A stretch of DNA of 64,000 bases from Pseudomonadota bacterium (GCA_021325135.1 JAJPHT010000026.1:1-64000), one strand, 5' to 3'. Counted from the stretch's first letter, positions 27,701 through 36,100 are shown. Numbers and translations are program-made. The notes: generated from the letters alone by a model not told the origin.

Positions 27701-28819
27701 ATCGACGTGCTCGCGGCGCAGCTCGCCGGCAAGGTCATCGGCAACCCCGCGCGCACCGTCGCCCGCGGCGCGGCCGCCACCGTGCTCTTCGGCGTCACGT
27801 ACCCCACCGGCGAGTTCTACCAGGACCCCGGCACGCCCCACGCCTCCGTCTACAACGCCAGCGGGCTCGTGGCCGACGCCGCCGTCACGCGCCAGGGGCT
27901 CACCTTCCAGGCGTCGTGGACGCCCCCCGCGCAGGCCGACGCCACCGTGGACTACTGGTTCGAGATGTCGGGCGAGGCCGGCGGCGGCAACGAGTTCCCC
28001 ACCCTCCAGAGCTCCCACTTCCGCCTGGCGCCGGGAAGCTTCGAGCGCGGCGCCGCGGCCGACGTGCCCGAGGACAACACGCGCGGCGCCCGCATCACGT
28101 ACCAGGTCCCCCTGGGCGACGCGGACCAGTTCGCGCAGTTCAGCCTCGAATACTACGGCACCACCAGCGACGTGAGCGGCCAGGTCTTCGGCACGCGCGA
28201 CCCCACCAGCGTCACCCCCCTCGCGCACACCCTCGACCCCTCCACGGGCCGCTACGTCGCGAGCTTCATCACCGACCAGCAGACGCCCCCCGGCTCGTAC
28301 CGCATCGTGATGAAGGGGCAGGACAAGTTCGGCAACGAGGTCGTCAGCAAGAGCAAGCCCTTCCTGCTGCGCACCTCCAGCGTCACCGTCTCGTGGGACC
28401 AGGTGCTCGCCCAGGGCTCCCTCCAGGAGGGGAAGCCGTTCACGGCGAGCTTCGTCGCCAAGTACCAGAACGGCCTCGTCATGGACGACACCCTGGGCAA
28501 GCCCAGCGTCGCGCTGCTCGTGGACAACAAGCCCAGCCGCGTGCGCCCCGACGTCTCCTACGCCAACGGCCACTGGGTCCTCACGTGGGACGCGCCCTCC
28601 GACCTCCCCCGCGGCGCGTACATCTTCACCGTGGGCGGCACCGACTTCTCCGGCAACCAGATCCTCACCAGCCAGGAGAACGCGGTCAACTACGACCCCA
28701 GCTTCTCCCAGAGCGTCGCCAAGGTCGTGCCCCACCTCCTCCCCGCCCCCGAGCCCGCCCTGGTCCTCGGGGCCCTCGCCGCGCTGGCCCTCGCGTGGCG
28801 GCGTCGCGCGGGCCGGTGA
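24731..28819 (+). CDS. Large cell-surface (S-layer-like) glycoprotein, tandem Ig-like domains, C-terminal sorting signal
   Basis: Signal peptide; repeated YxDG/YPxG and G.Y.F...G.D..GN modules; ends PAPEPALVLGALAALALAWRRRAGR. Confidence 0.85.
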   Translation: MVRGVRSGGQCLLVLLLILPALAPLAEAQAAPPESAPYLICFSGYHLRPGQPQSPCVGSGKVSPTSPAPTTLDPANYFEGEGVSMTLNAPSANPVLFTVACVTNCRHVNGDTGGRLYQGTWDGDTSHPLVFPDQFTDTTTGVNARAERAGTYNSTWTVNAQIAGQAAGAQRNFGTWLLDSFLGDNLTVSPGEQHEFHMYGYSDTTRLTISLERREGSSWVPVDLQGFGCSTGGGGQTCRGRYAVEEAANLPACGADLASCYRVTVGGTGKDVETVAYRVAPAHVTPIIGVITSPPTTDTAPYATVERTQNVTLGVVLGYPGGDRAFRVPLTDDKVPVDAITNGRNLRMVVTRQDFPTPAQVATVPLSYVPAQQRWVGTWTPPRDAPTNGSLVAYRFSLAETRDLWGNRVDARDLANYTLAPATLAIDVVRSFDALPRTDEGDVALAIRYHDGELYTDKTNASPLTGCFVQDAQTTTSCGSAKASERVTLAYEDGLWHARHRDPVDFTPLGAYKFLLTQDNDTWGNTVPGTLALPYQVVVGSPRVSFYTVFQGSTGDPIVRADDTLFLDADITYGDGSAFNNTVVPNPDGHSATLTAYVTKRNLDGVAVSTVPVTLRGESYGPHWSGAMPIRSNNSDSPLGVWTVALDVADNQTTPNVNHTVFNRTVIGAPLDFHEDSAPFDAEIGNHTRMRFSVSRAGIDDSGAIDMGRTLNVLLYRWDPVKRATVGDPVAKLVPPYNPDYHAYAIDYQVPPELFDGTFVFVVRGGDRDGNDLLADAVSHPFRTYASPRERSVVTQPAVSLQRGDEATVVFDGLVGDTGPDGSGDPVVHVDYYNPNTHQWEGKAFDVSSPDAAPNHLGVFPVTIDTNVGVYRFVLEGRQADRHLVTAISQNFTVLPADVSRILFDAPPESVSKGATFGFSFERQPGDVIFRQTVYFEGRPAEAQPPSLSTDANLFNGSWAVPFSAPAGKYTLRFQGNDRSGNHIDVVLPPIDVLAAQLAGKVIGNPARTVARGAAATVLFGVTYPTGEFYQDPGTPHASVYNASGLVADAAVTRQGLTFQASWTPPAQADATVDYWFEMSGEAGGGNEFPTLQSSHFRLAPGSFERGAAADVPEDNTRGARITYQVPLGDADQFAQFSLEYYGTTSDVSGQVFGTRDPTSVTPLAHTLDPSTGRYVASFITDQQTPPGSYRIVMKGQDKFGNEVVSKSKPFLLRTSSVTVSWDQVLAQGSLQEGKPFTASFVAKYQNGLVMDDTLGKPSVALLVDNKPSRVRPDVSYANGHWVLTWDAPSDLPRGAYIFTVGGTDFSGNQILTSQENAVNYDPSFSQSVAKVVPHLLPAPEPALVLGALAALALAWRRRAGR

Positions 28820-29065
28820 GGGCCCAGCCCCGGACGATCCTCTCGGGGCGGACACCCGTCACGCCGTCCCCGGAAGGCGGCCTCCCACCGGGCGCGGGGA
28901 GCGCGTGTCACCCCCGACGGTAAGGAGGTGTCACACAATCTTTATGACCACTTGGACGACCCCTGGCGCCAGAGCAAGCGGAGCACCTTCGAGGCCGTTG
29001 CCCAAGTCTGGCCTCGAACCGGGAGTTGCCCCCCGGGCCCGCTTGAAGAGAGACCAGGTGTCCCC

Positions 29066-29950
29066 ATGACCGTCAACCCCCAGCGCATCTCGCGCCTGCA
29101 GGAGCACGGACTGACCGAGTACGAGGCCCGCGCGTACCTCGCCCTTCTGGAGCTGGAGAACTCCGAGGCGAGCCCCATCGCGGACCTCGCCCGCGTCCCC
29201 CGCACGAAGATCTACCAGGCCTTGGACGGCCTGGAGGCCAAGAAGCTCCTCGCCGTCATCCCCGACCGCCCGAAGCGATATCAGGTGCAGCCCATCGCGT
29301 CGTACATCGACTCGCTGGAGCAGTCGTTCCGCGCCCGCGCGGACACGCTTGGCACCGCGAAGGACGTCCTCGTCGAGGAGTTCGCCCCCAAGGGGCGCGT
29401 CCAGATGGAGCGCTCCGGCGGCTTCGTCGTCCTCAAGGGGCGCGCCAACATCAGCAGCAAGCTCTGCGAGCTCGTGGCGCGCGCCAACGCGGACTTCGCC
29501 GTGGCCACCAGCGCCATGGGCGCGCACCGCCTCGCGTACCACCACGACCTCCTGGAGCAGGCCGCGGGCCGCGGCGCCGCCGTGCGCGTGCTCGCCCCCG
29601 CCACCGCCGAGAACGACGAGGCCATGCAGGCCATGGCGCCGCGCGCCGACGTGCGCCACGCGCTGGTGGACCTGGGCGCGGTCACCCTCGCCTTCGTCGA
29701 CGACAAGGAGGTCATCCTCGTGCACCACGTGCCCGACGACCGCCACTACTTCCAGGGCGCCGACGTCGCCCTCTGGAGCGACGACCCCGCCATCGTGAGC
29801 AGCCTCAAGGCGCTCTTCACCCTGGGCTGGGGCCTGTCGGTCCCCTACGCCGAGCGCCACACCGCGGCGCAGCGCAAGGCCGACCCCGTCGTCGCCAGCA
29901 TCGTCGAGAACCTCGGCCGCGAGGCGAAGCGCCTCGCCATCACCGCGTGA
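29066..29950 (+). CDS. TrmB family transcriptional regulator 1
   Basis: LQEHGLTEYEARAYLALL...ARVPRTKIYQALDGLEAK; C-terminal effector domain; AGGTG SD. Confidence 0.92.
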   Translation: MTVNPQRISRLQEHGLTEYEARAYLALLELENSEASPIADLARVPRTKIYQALDGLEAKKLLAVIPDRPKRYQVQPIASYIDSLEQSFRARADTLGTAKDVLVEEFAPKGRVQMERSGGFVVLKGRANISSKLCELVARANADFAVATSAMGAHRLAYHHDLLEQAAGRGAAVRVLAPATAENDEAMQAMAPRADVRHALVDLGAVTLAFVDDKEVILVHHVPDDRHYFQGADVALWSDDPAIVSSLKALFTLGWGLSVPYAERHTAAQRKADPVVASIVENLGREAKRLAITA

Positions 29951-30145
29951 TATCACCGACCCCCCTCCGAGGTCCCTCCCATGGACGAGCGCTCGAACAC
30001 CCCCTGCCGCGTGGACGCGGCCTTCGTCACCCCCAGCGGTGGGAAGGCCCCGTCCCAGCCGGCCGTGAGGGTGGAGCGTTCTATCCGCGCGAAGGACTCG
30101 GTGTCCCCGACGAGCGCGACCTCCCTCCCCCGGAGGCTGGCCTGA

Positions 30146-30970
30146 ATGAAGATCGCGACCCCGAGGCTGAGCCCCAAGACGAAGGCAGCCCTAGCGGTCG
30201 CGCTGGCCCTCCTCCTGTGGATACCCCAGGGCATCTCCGAAGACACGCAGCCCGTCGTCACGGGCCACTCCACGTTCTACAACGGCGAGCGCTACGACCC
30301 CTGCATGGCCAGCGTGGCCGGCATCGTGCGCAGCCGCGTCATGTGGTTCAACGACCAGGTGCTCATGGAGCGATATCCCGGAAAGGGCACGTACGTCTAC
30401 ATCACCGAGCACGGCGGGATGGACCCCTCCTCCGCCGGCGTCCTCTACTCGCAGGGCGTGACCTACAACTTCGTCGACCCCAACGGCGCCGCGTGGAGCG
30501 TGCAGGAGCTCTACATGGACCCCGCCAATTACAGCGCGAGCCCCACGGCCAACGTGGGCACGGGGAACCCGACCCAGGCCACGCAGCCGCCCGTCGCGAA
30601 GGTCGACTCCCACCGCCAGTACGTCTGGGTCGTCGAGCTGGCCGCGACGCCCGTCTACGACCAGTTCCCGGGCGGCGACTCGCACACGTACTACAACTTC
30701 CTGGACATGGTCGACACGTGCAAGTTCAACAACAACACGGCGACCTACGCCGCGACGATCACGCACACGGGCGACGAGCCCGGCCACGTCGCGGACGGCC
30801 CGCGCGACCACACCCACGAGGTCTGGAACGCGGACATCTACCTGGGCACCGCGCCCAACGTCGTCCTCGCGGGCGAGGCCAACAACCCCGTCCCGGGCTA
30901 CACGACCTCGTGGGCCACCGACGGGAACGCCGCCGACGCCGGAAGCGGCTCAGGAGCCACGAGCAGATGA
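30146..30970 (+). CDS. Secreted protein of unrecognised 'WFNDQ' family, paralogue A
   Basis: Signal peptide; shares GHxxF, VAxxVR, VMWFNDQ, DPNxxxW, YVWVV, YN, ITH, HTH, DIY with 32186-33664. Confidence 0.8.
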   Translation: MKIATPRLSPKTKAALAVALALLLWIPQGISEDTQPVVTGHSTFYNGERYDPCMASVAGIVRSRVMWFNDQVLMERYPGKGTYVYITEHGGMDPSSAGVLYSQGVTYNFVDPNGAAWSVQELYMDPANYSASPTANVGTGNPTQATQPPVAKVDSHRQYVWVVELAATPVYDQFPGGDSHTYYNFLDMVDTCKFNNNTATYAATITHTGDEPGHVADGPRDHTHEVWNADIYLGTAPNVVLAGEANNPVPGYTTSWATDGNAADAGSGSGATSR

Positions 30971-31107
30971 TCGACTTCCCCTTCACCAGCGCCTTCGCCG
31001 TGCTGCCACACGGCGAGCCCTCGGGGGCCCTCCCGGCTTACGCCGGGCCCTTTCCCGAGGACGTTGCCGAGGCGCGCAACCGCAAGCCGACAAGAGGTGT
31101 TGCCTGA

Positions 31108-31941
31108 ATGGCTACGAACGGAGACCGCATCGAGAAGATGATGGAGTACGGGCTCACGGAGTACGAAGCCCGCACCTACCTCGCCCTGCTCCAGCTGGGC
31201 GTGGCCAGTGCGCGCGACGTCGCGAACATGAGCCGCGTGCCCAGGACGAAGATCTACAGCGTCCTGGACGACCTTCACGCGAAGCAGCTCGCGGAGATCA
31301 TCCCCGAGAGGCCCAAGAAGTACGGCGTCGTGCCCTTCGACGTGTACCTGCGCCAGTTCGAGCGCGAGTACAAGACGAAGCTCGCCAAGATCGAGGAGGA
31401 CAAGAAGCTCCTCATGGCCGCCTTCGCCAGCAAGGAGGGCGGCGGGCCCGACAAGGCCGGCAGCTTCCAGGTCCTCAAGGGCAGGAAGAACGTCCTCAAC
31501 CGCAAGTACGAGATGGTGGGCCGCGCCAACGTCGAGATCCTCGAGATGGGGACCGAGTTCAGCGCGGTCCGCATGGGCTACTACATGCCCCTCCTCAAGG
31601 AGCGCGCGCGCCTCGGCGCCAAGCTCCGCCTCCTCGTCCCCGTCACGGAGACGAACAAGGAGAACGTCGAGGAGTTCGCGACGGTGGGCGAGGTCAAGTC
31701 CAACCCGTCCAAGAGCCCCGGCAGCGTCATCCTCGTGGTGGACGACGCCGAGGTCCTCATCTGCCACTACGTCCCCGACGACGAGCACCTCTTCAAGGGA
31801 GAGGACATCGCCATCTGGTCCGACGACAAGGCCATCGTGCGCGACATGAAGGGCACGATCCTGGCCAACTGGGACGGCGCCGCCACCGCCGTCCCCGTCG
31901 AGACCACGGCGAAGGCCATCCCCATCCGGAGGGAGCTCTGA
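31108..31941 (+). CDS. TrmB family transcriptional regulator 2
   Basis: GLTEYEARTYLALL...SRVPRTKIYSVLDDLHAK; HYVPDD...IWSDD shared with regulator 1; GAGGTG SD. Confidence 0.93.
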   Translation: MATNGDRIEKMMEYGLTEYEARTYLALLQLGVASARDVANMSRVPRTKIYSVLDDLHAKQLAEIIPERPKKYGVVPFDVYLRQFEREYKTKLAKIEEDKKLLMAAFASKEGGGPDKAGSFQVLKGRKNVLNRKYEMVGRANVEILEMGTEFSAVRMGYYMPLLKERARLGAKLRLLVPVTETNKENVEEFATVGEVKSNPSKSPGSVILVVDDAEVLICHYVPDDEHLFKGEDIAIWSDDKAIVRDMKGTILANWDGAATAVPVETTAKAIPIRREL

Positions 31942-32168
31942 GCATGCAGGTCGTGGCTCGCCCGCCGCAGCCCGCCGGTTGTGGAGCCGAAATCGGACGC
32001 CTTGTCTCCCCCAAAGGTGACAACGGACCGATTATGGCCCGGCAGACCGGCTGCGGAGACCGAAGTGGAGGCGAATGCGTGAACCCCGTTGAGGCCGTGG
32101 GCAGCGTGCCCCGGGTCCCCCTTGGGCGATCCTCGCGGGTGAGCCACTTCTACGCAATCTGAGGCAAT

Positions 32169-32182
32169 AAGGAGGTGTCCCC
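32169..32182 (+). promoter_or_regulatory. Strong Shine-Dalgarno (AAGGAGGTG) overlapping a GGTGTCCCC motif
   Basis: AAGGAGGTGTCCCC just before ATG 32186. Confidence 0.7.
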
Positions 32183-32185
32183 TAC

Positions 32186-33664
32186 ATGGTCAACAAGAGA
32201 ATGCTGGCCGTCGCGGCCGTGCTGGTCCTCGCGGTGCCCGCCTTGGGCGCTGCGGCGACCATCGTCACGGGCCCCGTCCAGGAGCAGCTCGTGGAAGGCC
32301 ACACGGTCTTCACGGTCATCCAGGTCGCGGTCAACAACACGACGGTCTCGGCGAAGTTCGCCGCGGCCGTCGCTGTCCTCGTCCGCGAGCAGACCAACTC
32401 GAATGCCAACTTCCGCTTCCCCGGCGTCCTGTGGTTCAACGACCAGTACCTCGTGAACCCCAGCTCGCCCAGCAGCGGCTCCAACTCGTACCGCTACCCC
32501 TGCGGCGGCGCCGTCATGGCCGTCAACCAGGGCGACCCGGACCCCCGCATGCTCCTCGTGGACGCGGGCGACCGCACGCTGCCCACGGCCACGCGCCAGG
32601 GCGGCTCGGACCACGACCTCGTGACCGGCGTCGGCTACGGCGACAACCGCTCCCTCGTGGGCGTCAACACCGCCAACCCCGACGTCTACACCGACACGGG
32701 CCTGAGCGTGATCCAGGGCGGCGCGGGCTCCGACTACGTGGAGTCCTACACCATCACCGACCCCAACGACCACACCTGGCAGATCGACAAGTACCAGGCC
32801 TACACCCACGACGGCCTGACCAGCGGCACGGGCCAGACCATCTACAACTACCCCGTGTGGGTCGTCAACATCATGGGCGGCCGCGTCTTTATCCCCGACG
32901 ACGGCACCACCAGCTGCCAGCCCTACGTCGACCAGGTCCTCAGCCAGGTCTACGGCACCGCCCCGGTGCCCCCGGCGGACCAGGTGTACCCTGAGGAGCA
33001 GTCCAGAAGTCTCTACTGCAGCACGCCGACCCTCCAGGGCCACGGCAGCCCGCTGGACATGCCCGCGCGCGACCAGCCTGGCGAGCCCTGCAAGACCAAC
33101 TACGTCGAGCCTGCGGGCAACTCGCCCTCGGGCGCCGGCGTCCCTGGTGACAACACCAGCGGCGGCTACTGCTACGACGGGAACGTGCACACGGCGGGCA
33201 CGAACTGCACGGACACGAACCTGTACCCCGTGCGGATTTACAACGCCCTGCTGTACTTCCACTTCGAGGACCTGCACACGACGGGCGTCATCACCCACGA
33301 CGCGTCCAACACGGACACCAACGGCTGTCAGGCGGGCACGGAGTGGGCTTGCCCCAACGGCGACGACAACGCCGAGGGCAACAGCCACCCCTTCAACCCG
33401 TACGGCGACAGCTCGGTGAGCCCCGGCAGCGGCCCCAACACGGCCCAGGCCTGCCCGCCCGCGGCGGAAGGCAGCAACCCCGTGAACCACGGCGGCTCGG
33501 ACGGCAGCAACCTGTGCAACCACTCCCACGCGGTCGCGCAGATTGACCTGTACTTCTCGCCCGCCGGCCGCCCGATGCCCCCGCTCAACCCCCACCCGGG
33601 CGACGCGACGCGGGACTCGGACACCCAGGGCAGCAGCGCGCCCTTCGCGGGCACGGGCCCGTAA
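32186..33664 (+). CDS. Secreted protein of unrecognised 'WFNDQ' family, paralogue B (10 Cys)
   Basis: Signal peptide MVNKRMLAVAAVLVLAVPALGAAA; same ordered motifs as paralogue A, with long insertions. Confidence 0.85.
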   Translation: MVNKRMLAVAAVLVLAVPALGAAATIVTGPVQEQLVEGHTVFTVIQVAVNNTTVSAKFAAAVAVLVREQTNSNANFRFPGVLWFNDQYLVNPSSPSSGSNSYRYPCGGAVMAVNQGDPDPRMLLVDAGDRTLPTATRQGGSDHDLVTGVGYGDNRSLVGVNTANPDVYTDTGLSVIQGGAGSDYVESYTITDPNDHTWQIDKYQAYTHDGLTSGTGQTIYNYPVWVVNIMGGRVFIPDDGTTSCQPYVDQVLSQVYGTAPVPPADQVYPEEQSRSLYCSTPTLQGHGSPLDMPARDQPGEPCKTNYVEPAGNSPSGAGVPGDNTSGGYCYDGNVHTAGTNCTDTNLYPVRIYNALLYFHFEDLHTTGVITHDASNTDTNGCQAGTEWACPNGDDNAEGNSHPFNPYGDSSVSPGSGPNTAQACPPAAEGSNPVNHGGSDGSNLCNHSHAVAQIDLYFSPAGRPMPPLNPHPGDATRDSDTQGSSAPFAGTGP

Positions 33665-33776
33665 AACGGGTGCACAGCAAACTTGAATAAGCCGGGGAGG
33701 GAGCCAAGCTCCCTCCCCGCACCCCATCTTTTCCGATCCTCGAACGCGACACGAAGACGACCCGGAGCGCGACGAC

Positions 33777-34388
33777 ATGGCCGACCCCGAGAGCTGGACG
33801 CCCTATGGCCTGGAGGCCATCCGCGTGCGCCACCTCCGGAGGCGCCGCATCATCGCCGCCATCGTCCTGGGCCTCGTCGCGCTCCTCATCCTGGCCTTCA
33901 CGGGCACGACCTCCAACCGGCAGACCCAGATCTTCCAGAACGGGCAGCAGGTGGGGGACGGCAACCAGATCAGCATCGACGTCCCGGACCAGAGCAAGCC
34001 CAAGGACGGGCCCGTCACGGTGGCCCTCTCGCCCGGACGCATCACGCTGGCGGACACGTCGCAGCAGGCGCCGGCCTCCAGCATCACGCGCGCCGACGTG
34101 CCCGGCTTCTCCGGCGCCGCGGCGCTCAACTGGAACTACTATCTCATCCTCTACGGCCCGTGGGCGCTCCTGGGCCTCGCGGCGTTCCTGCTGGCCAAGC
34201 GGCGCGGGAAGCACGACGAGATCAACTACGGCGTCTACAAGGGCTCCATGCCCCTGGAGATGATCAGCGCCCAGGCCCGCCACCACGTCTTCACGACGCG
34301 CCACGCCAAGACCAGCGTCTTCGGCAAGCGCCGCGAGGACCATGTCCCTGGCCACGCGGTGCGCGTCCCCCAGGAGGGCGACCCGTGA
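33777..34388 (+). CDS. Two-TM membrane protein with internal VPGF motif and cytoplasmic tail
   Basis: RRRR plus TM1, extracellular loop, DVPGFSG, TM2, KRRGK, about 60-aa tail. Confidence 0.75.
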   Translation: MADPESWTPYGLEAIRVRHLRRRRIIAAIVLGLVALLILAFTGTTSNRQTQIFQNGQQVGDGNQISIDVPDQSKPKDGPVTVALSPGRITLADTSQQAPASSITRADVPGFSGAAALNWNYYLILYGPWALLGLAAFLLAKRRGKHDEINYGVYKGSMPLEMISAQARHHVFTTRHAKTSVFGKRREDHVPGHAVRVPQEGDP

Positions 34389-34466
34389 GCCCCATCACCT
34401 TCACCAATCCGCCGGCTGGCGCGTGGGAGCGCGCGGCGCGGCGTCCGCAACAGGGAGGCGACTTCG

Positions 34467-35165
34467 TTGACCAACGGGAGGAAGGGGGGCCGCGACCCGC
34501 GGCCAGGATTGCAGGGCCGCGCCCCTGAGTGGACGCTGTTGGGCCTCGCGGCGATCGCTGCGCTGGGCCTGGGCGCGCTGGGGCACCCCGCGTGGGGCTC
34601 GCTCCTCGGCGCGGTCGCGCTCTACAACCGCGTCCAGCGCGAGGGCTCCTTCGAGAACGAGACGCGCCGACGCATCTTCGAGGAGGTCCGCACGCACCCG
34701 GGCCAGTCCATCGCCGAGATCGCGACAACCGTGGGCGTCAGCCACAGCACCGCGAGCTATCACCTGGAGCGCCTCAGCGCCTTCAGCCTCCTGGCGTCCA
34801 CGCAGGATGGCAACAAGATGCGCTTCTTCGTGAACGGCGGCACGTTCACCGAGGAGGAGCGACGCGTCCTCTCCGCCCTCTCCAACGCCGAGACGCGCAA
34901 CGTCCTGGCCACCGTGCTCGCGCGCCCCGGGAGCTACCGCGCCGAATTGACGCAGGTCCTCGGCGTCTCCAGCCCCACCGTGAACTGGCACCTGGCGCGC
35001 CTCCTCGCGGCGGGGCTCGTGGCGGAGGAGCCGCGCGGACGCAACCGTTACCTCTTCGCCGACGCGCGGAGGCTGAAGCTCCTCTTCGAGACGCTGGCCT
35101 CCAAGGTCAACGGCACGCAGTATGATGAGGCGGGGCTGCAGGAACTGTTGCGGCTTTGTGGATGA
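34467..35165 (+). CDS. Membrane-anchored tandem winged-HTH regulator (COG3398-like)
   Basis: N-terminal hydrophobic segment; ENETRRRIFEEVRTHPG...STASYHL; second HTH ETRNVL...RPG...PTVNWHLARL; TTG start uncertain. Confidence 0.85.
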   Translation: MTNGRKGGRDPRPGLQGRAPEWTLLGLAAIAALGLGALGHPAWGSLLGAVALYNRVQREGSFENETRRRIFEEVRTHPGQSIAEIATTVGVSHSTASYHLERLSAFSLLASTQDGNKMRFFVNGGTFTEEERRVLSALSNAETRNVLATVLARPGSYRAELTQVLGVSSPTVNWHLARLLAAGLVAEEPRGRNRYLFADARRLKLLFETLASKVNGTQYDEAGLQELLRLCG

Positions 35166-35223
35166 TCCTTTCACGGGATTTCTCCATAAGCTTCATGTCG
35201 AGATTCCTTGTGCTGCGCGGTGC

Positions 35224-36033
35224 ATGTTATCACAGTCAGGTTCGGTTTGCATCGCCTTCCTTTTTGTTTCCATTGCCTTTCTTGCTTGTGCTCCAGCGGG
35301 CTCTGCCGCAGAAACAACAGTCGTCGTCAATGGGGCCGGCGTGCTCGACGCCTTTGGCACCTATCGAGATTCATCTGGGCAGACCCAATCCTGCTTCACC
35401 GACAGCGGGGTAAGCATCAGCATTGCTCTCGAAGGGTCAGACGTCCTCTCGTTCACCGCCTTTGGTGGAGGCACGGGAATTGGACAGTTCCTTCTGGCCG
35501 GGAACGGCGAGAGTGCAACGTTTGTCAACGGCCAGGTTGGAGCCGCTCTGCCGTGCGTCACAGACAGCATTCAGTTCAGCACATTCGTCGTGGATTGCGC
35601 GACGAATCATGTCACCATCCAGGGATCTGGGGCCGTCTACTCGATCTCCGTAACGTCCTCCAATTCCCCGTGCACCTCCTCGCCTGACGAAGTCGTTTGC
35701 TTCGTCTACAATCCAGCTGCGCTGCTTAATACGTGCATCCAGTTGGGCGACGATACCGTGAGCGTCCCTGTCCCCGCAGTCGGAACGGAGCCCCAGACGG
35801 AGAACGTCCCCACGGTCACGCCGACGACGACTCCGCTCCCCGTCTGCGTGCTCGGCCCCGAATGCGTGGACGTGCCCGTCCCAGGGGTCATCCTCGGGAG
35901 CGAGCCCATCACAGTGCCGTTCCCGACAGTGGGCACGCAGGACCTGCCGGTCACCGTCCCCACGCCCACCGGCTACGTCGAGATCACCGCTCTCTGCGGC
36001 TCCGTGGGCTCGCTCTGCCGCGTGACCCTGTAG
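35224..36033 (+). CDS. Secreted protein, low-GC 5' part and Pro/Thr/Val-rich C-terminus
   Basis: Signal peptide ...APAGSAA; AT-richer codons to about 35760; VPVP/VPTVTPTTTP tail with paired Cys. Confidence 0.65.
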   Translation: MLSQSGSVCIAFLFVSIAFLACAPAGSAAETTVVVNGAGVLDAFGTYRDSSGQTQSCFTDSGVSISIALEGSDVLSFTAFGGGTGIGQFLLAGNGESATFVNGQVGAALPCVTDSIQFSTFVVDCATNHVTIQGSGAVYSISVTSSNSPCTSSPDEVVCFVYNPAALLNTCIQLGDDTVSVPVPAVGTEPQTENVPTVTPTTTPLPVCVLGPECVDVPVPGVILGSEPITVPFPTVGTQDLPVTVPTPTGYVEITALCGSVGSLCRVTL

Positions 36034-36100
36034 AGAGCGAACCCCCAACCCGCCGGGCGCGCCGCTGCCGCGGCCCGGCACGCCCTCCTTTTTCCCGCTC

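Noticed and set aside
28928-29065. N-terminal extension of TrmB-1 given by the ORF track
   Set aside because: Paralogue alignment and the SD position support ATG 29066
28944-29069. 41-codon upstream ORF whose stop overlaps the TrmB-1 start (ATGA)
   Set aside because: Non-coding-like composition; its ATG lies within a probable TATA box (TTTATG) and the AAGGAGGTG is 13 nt away; probably chance
29953-30273. 106-aa minus-strand ORF between TrmB-1 and secreted protein A
   Set aside because: Overlaps the signal peptide of A in antisense; no recognisable features
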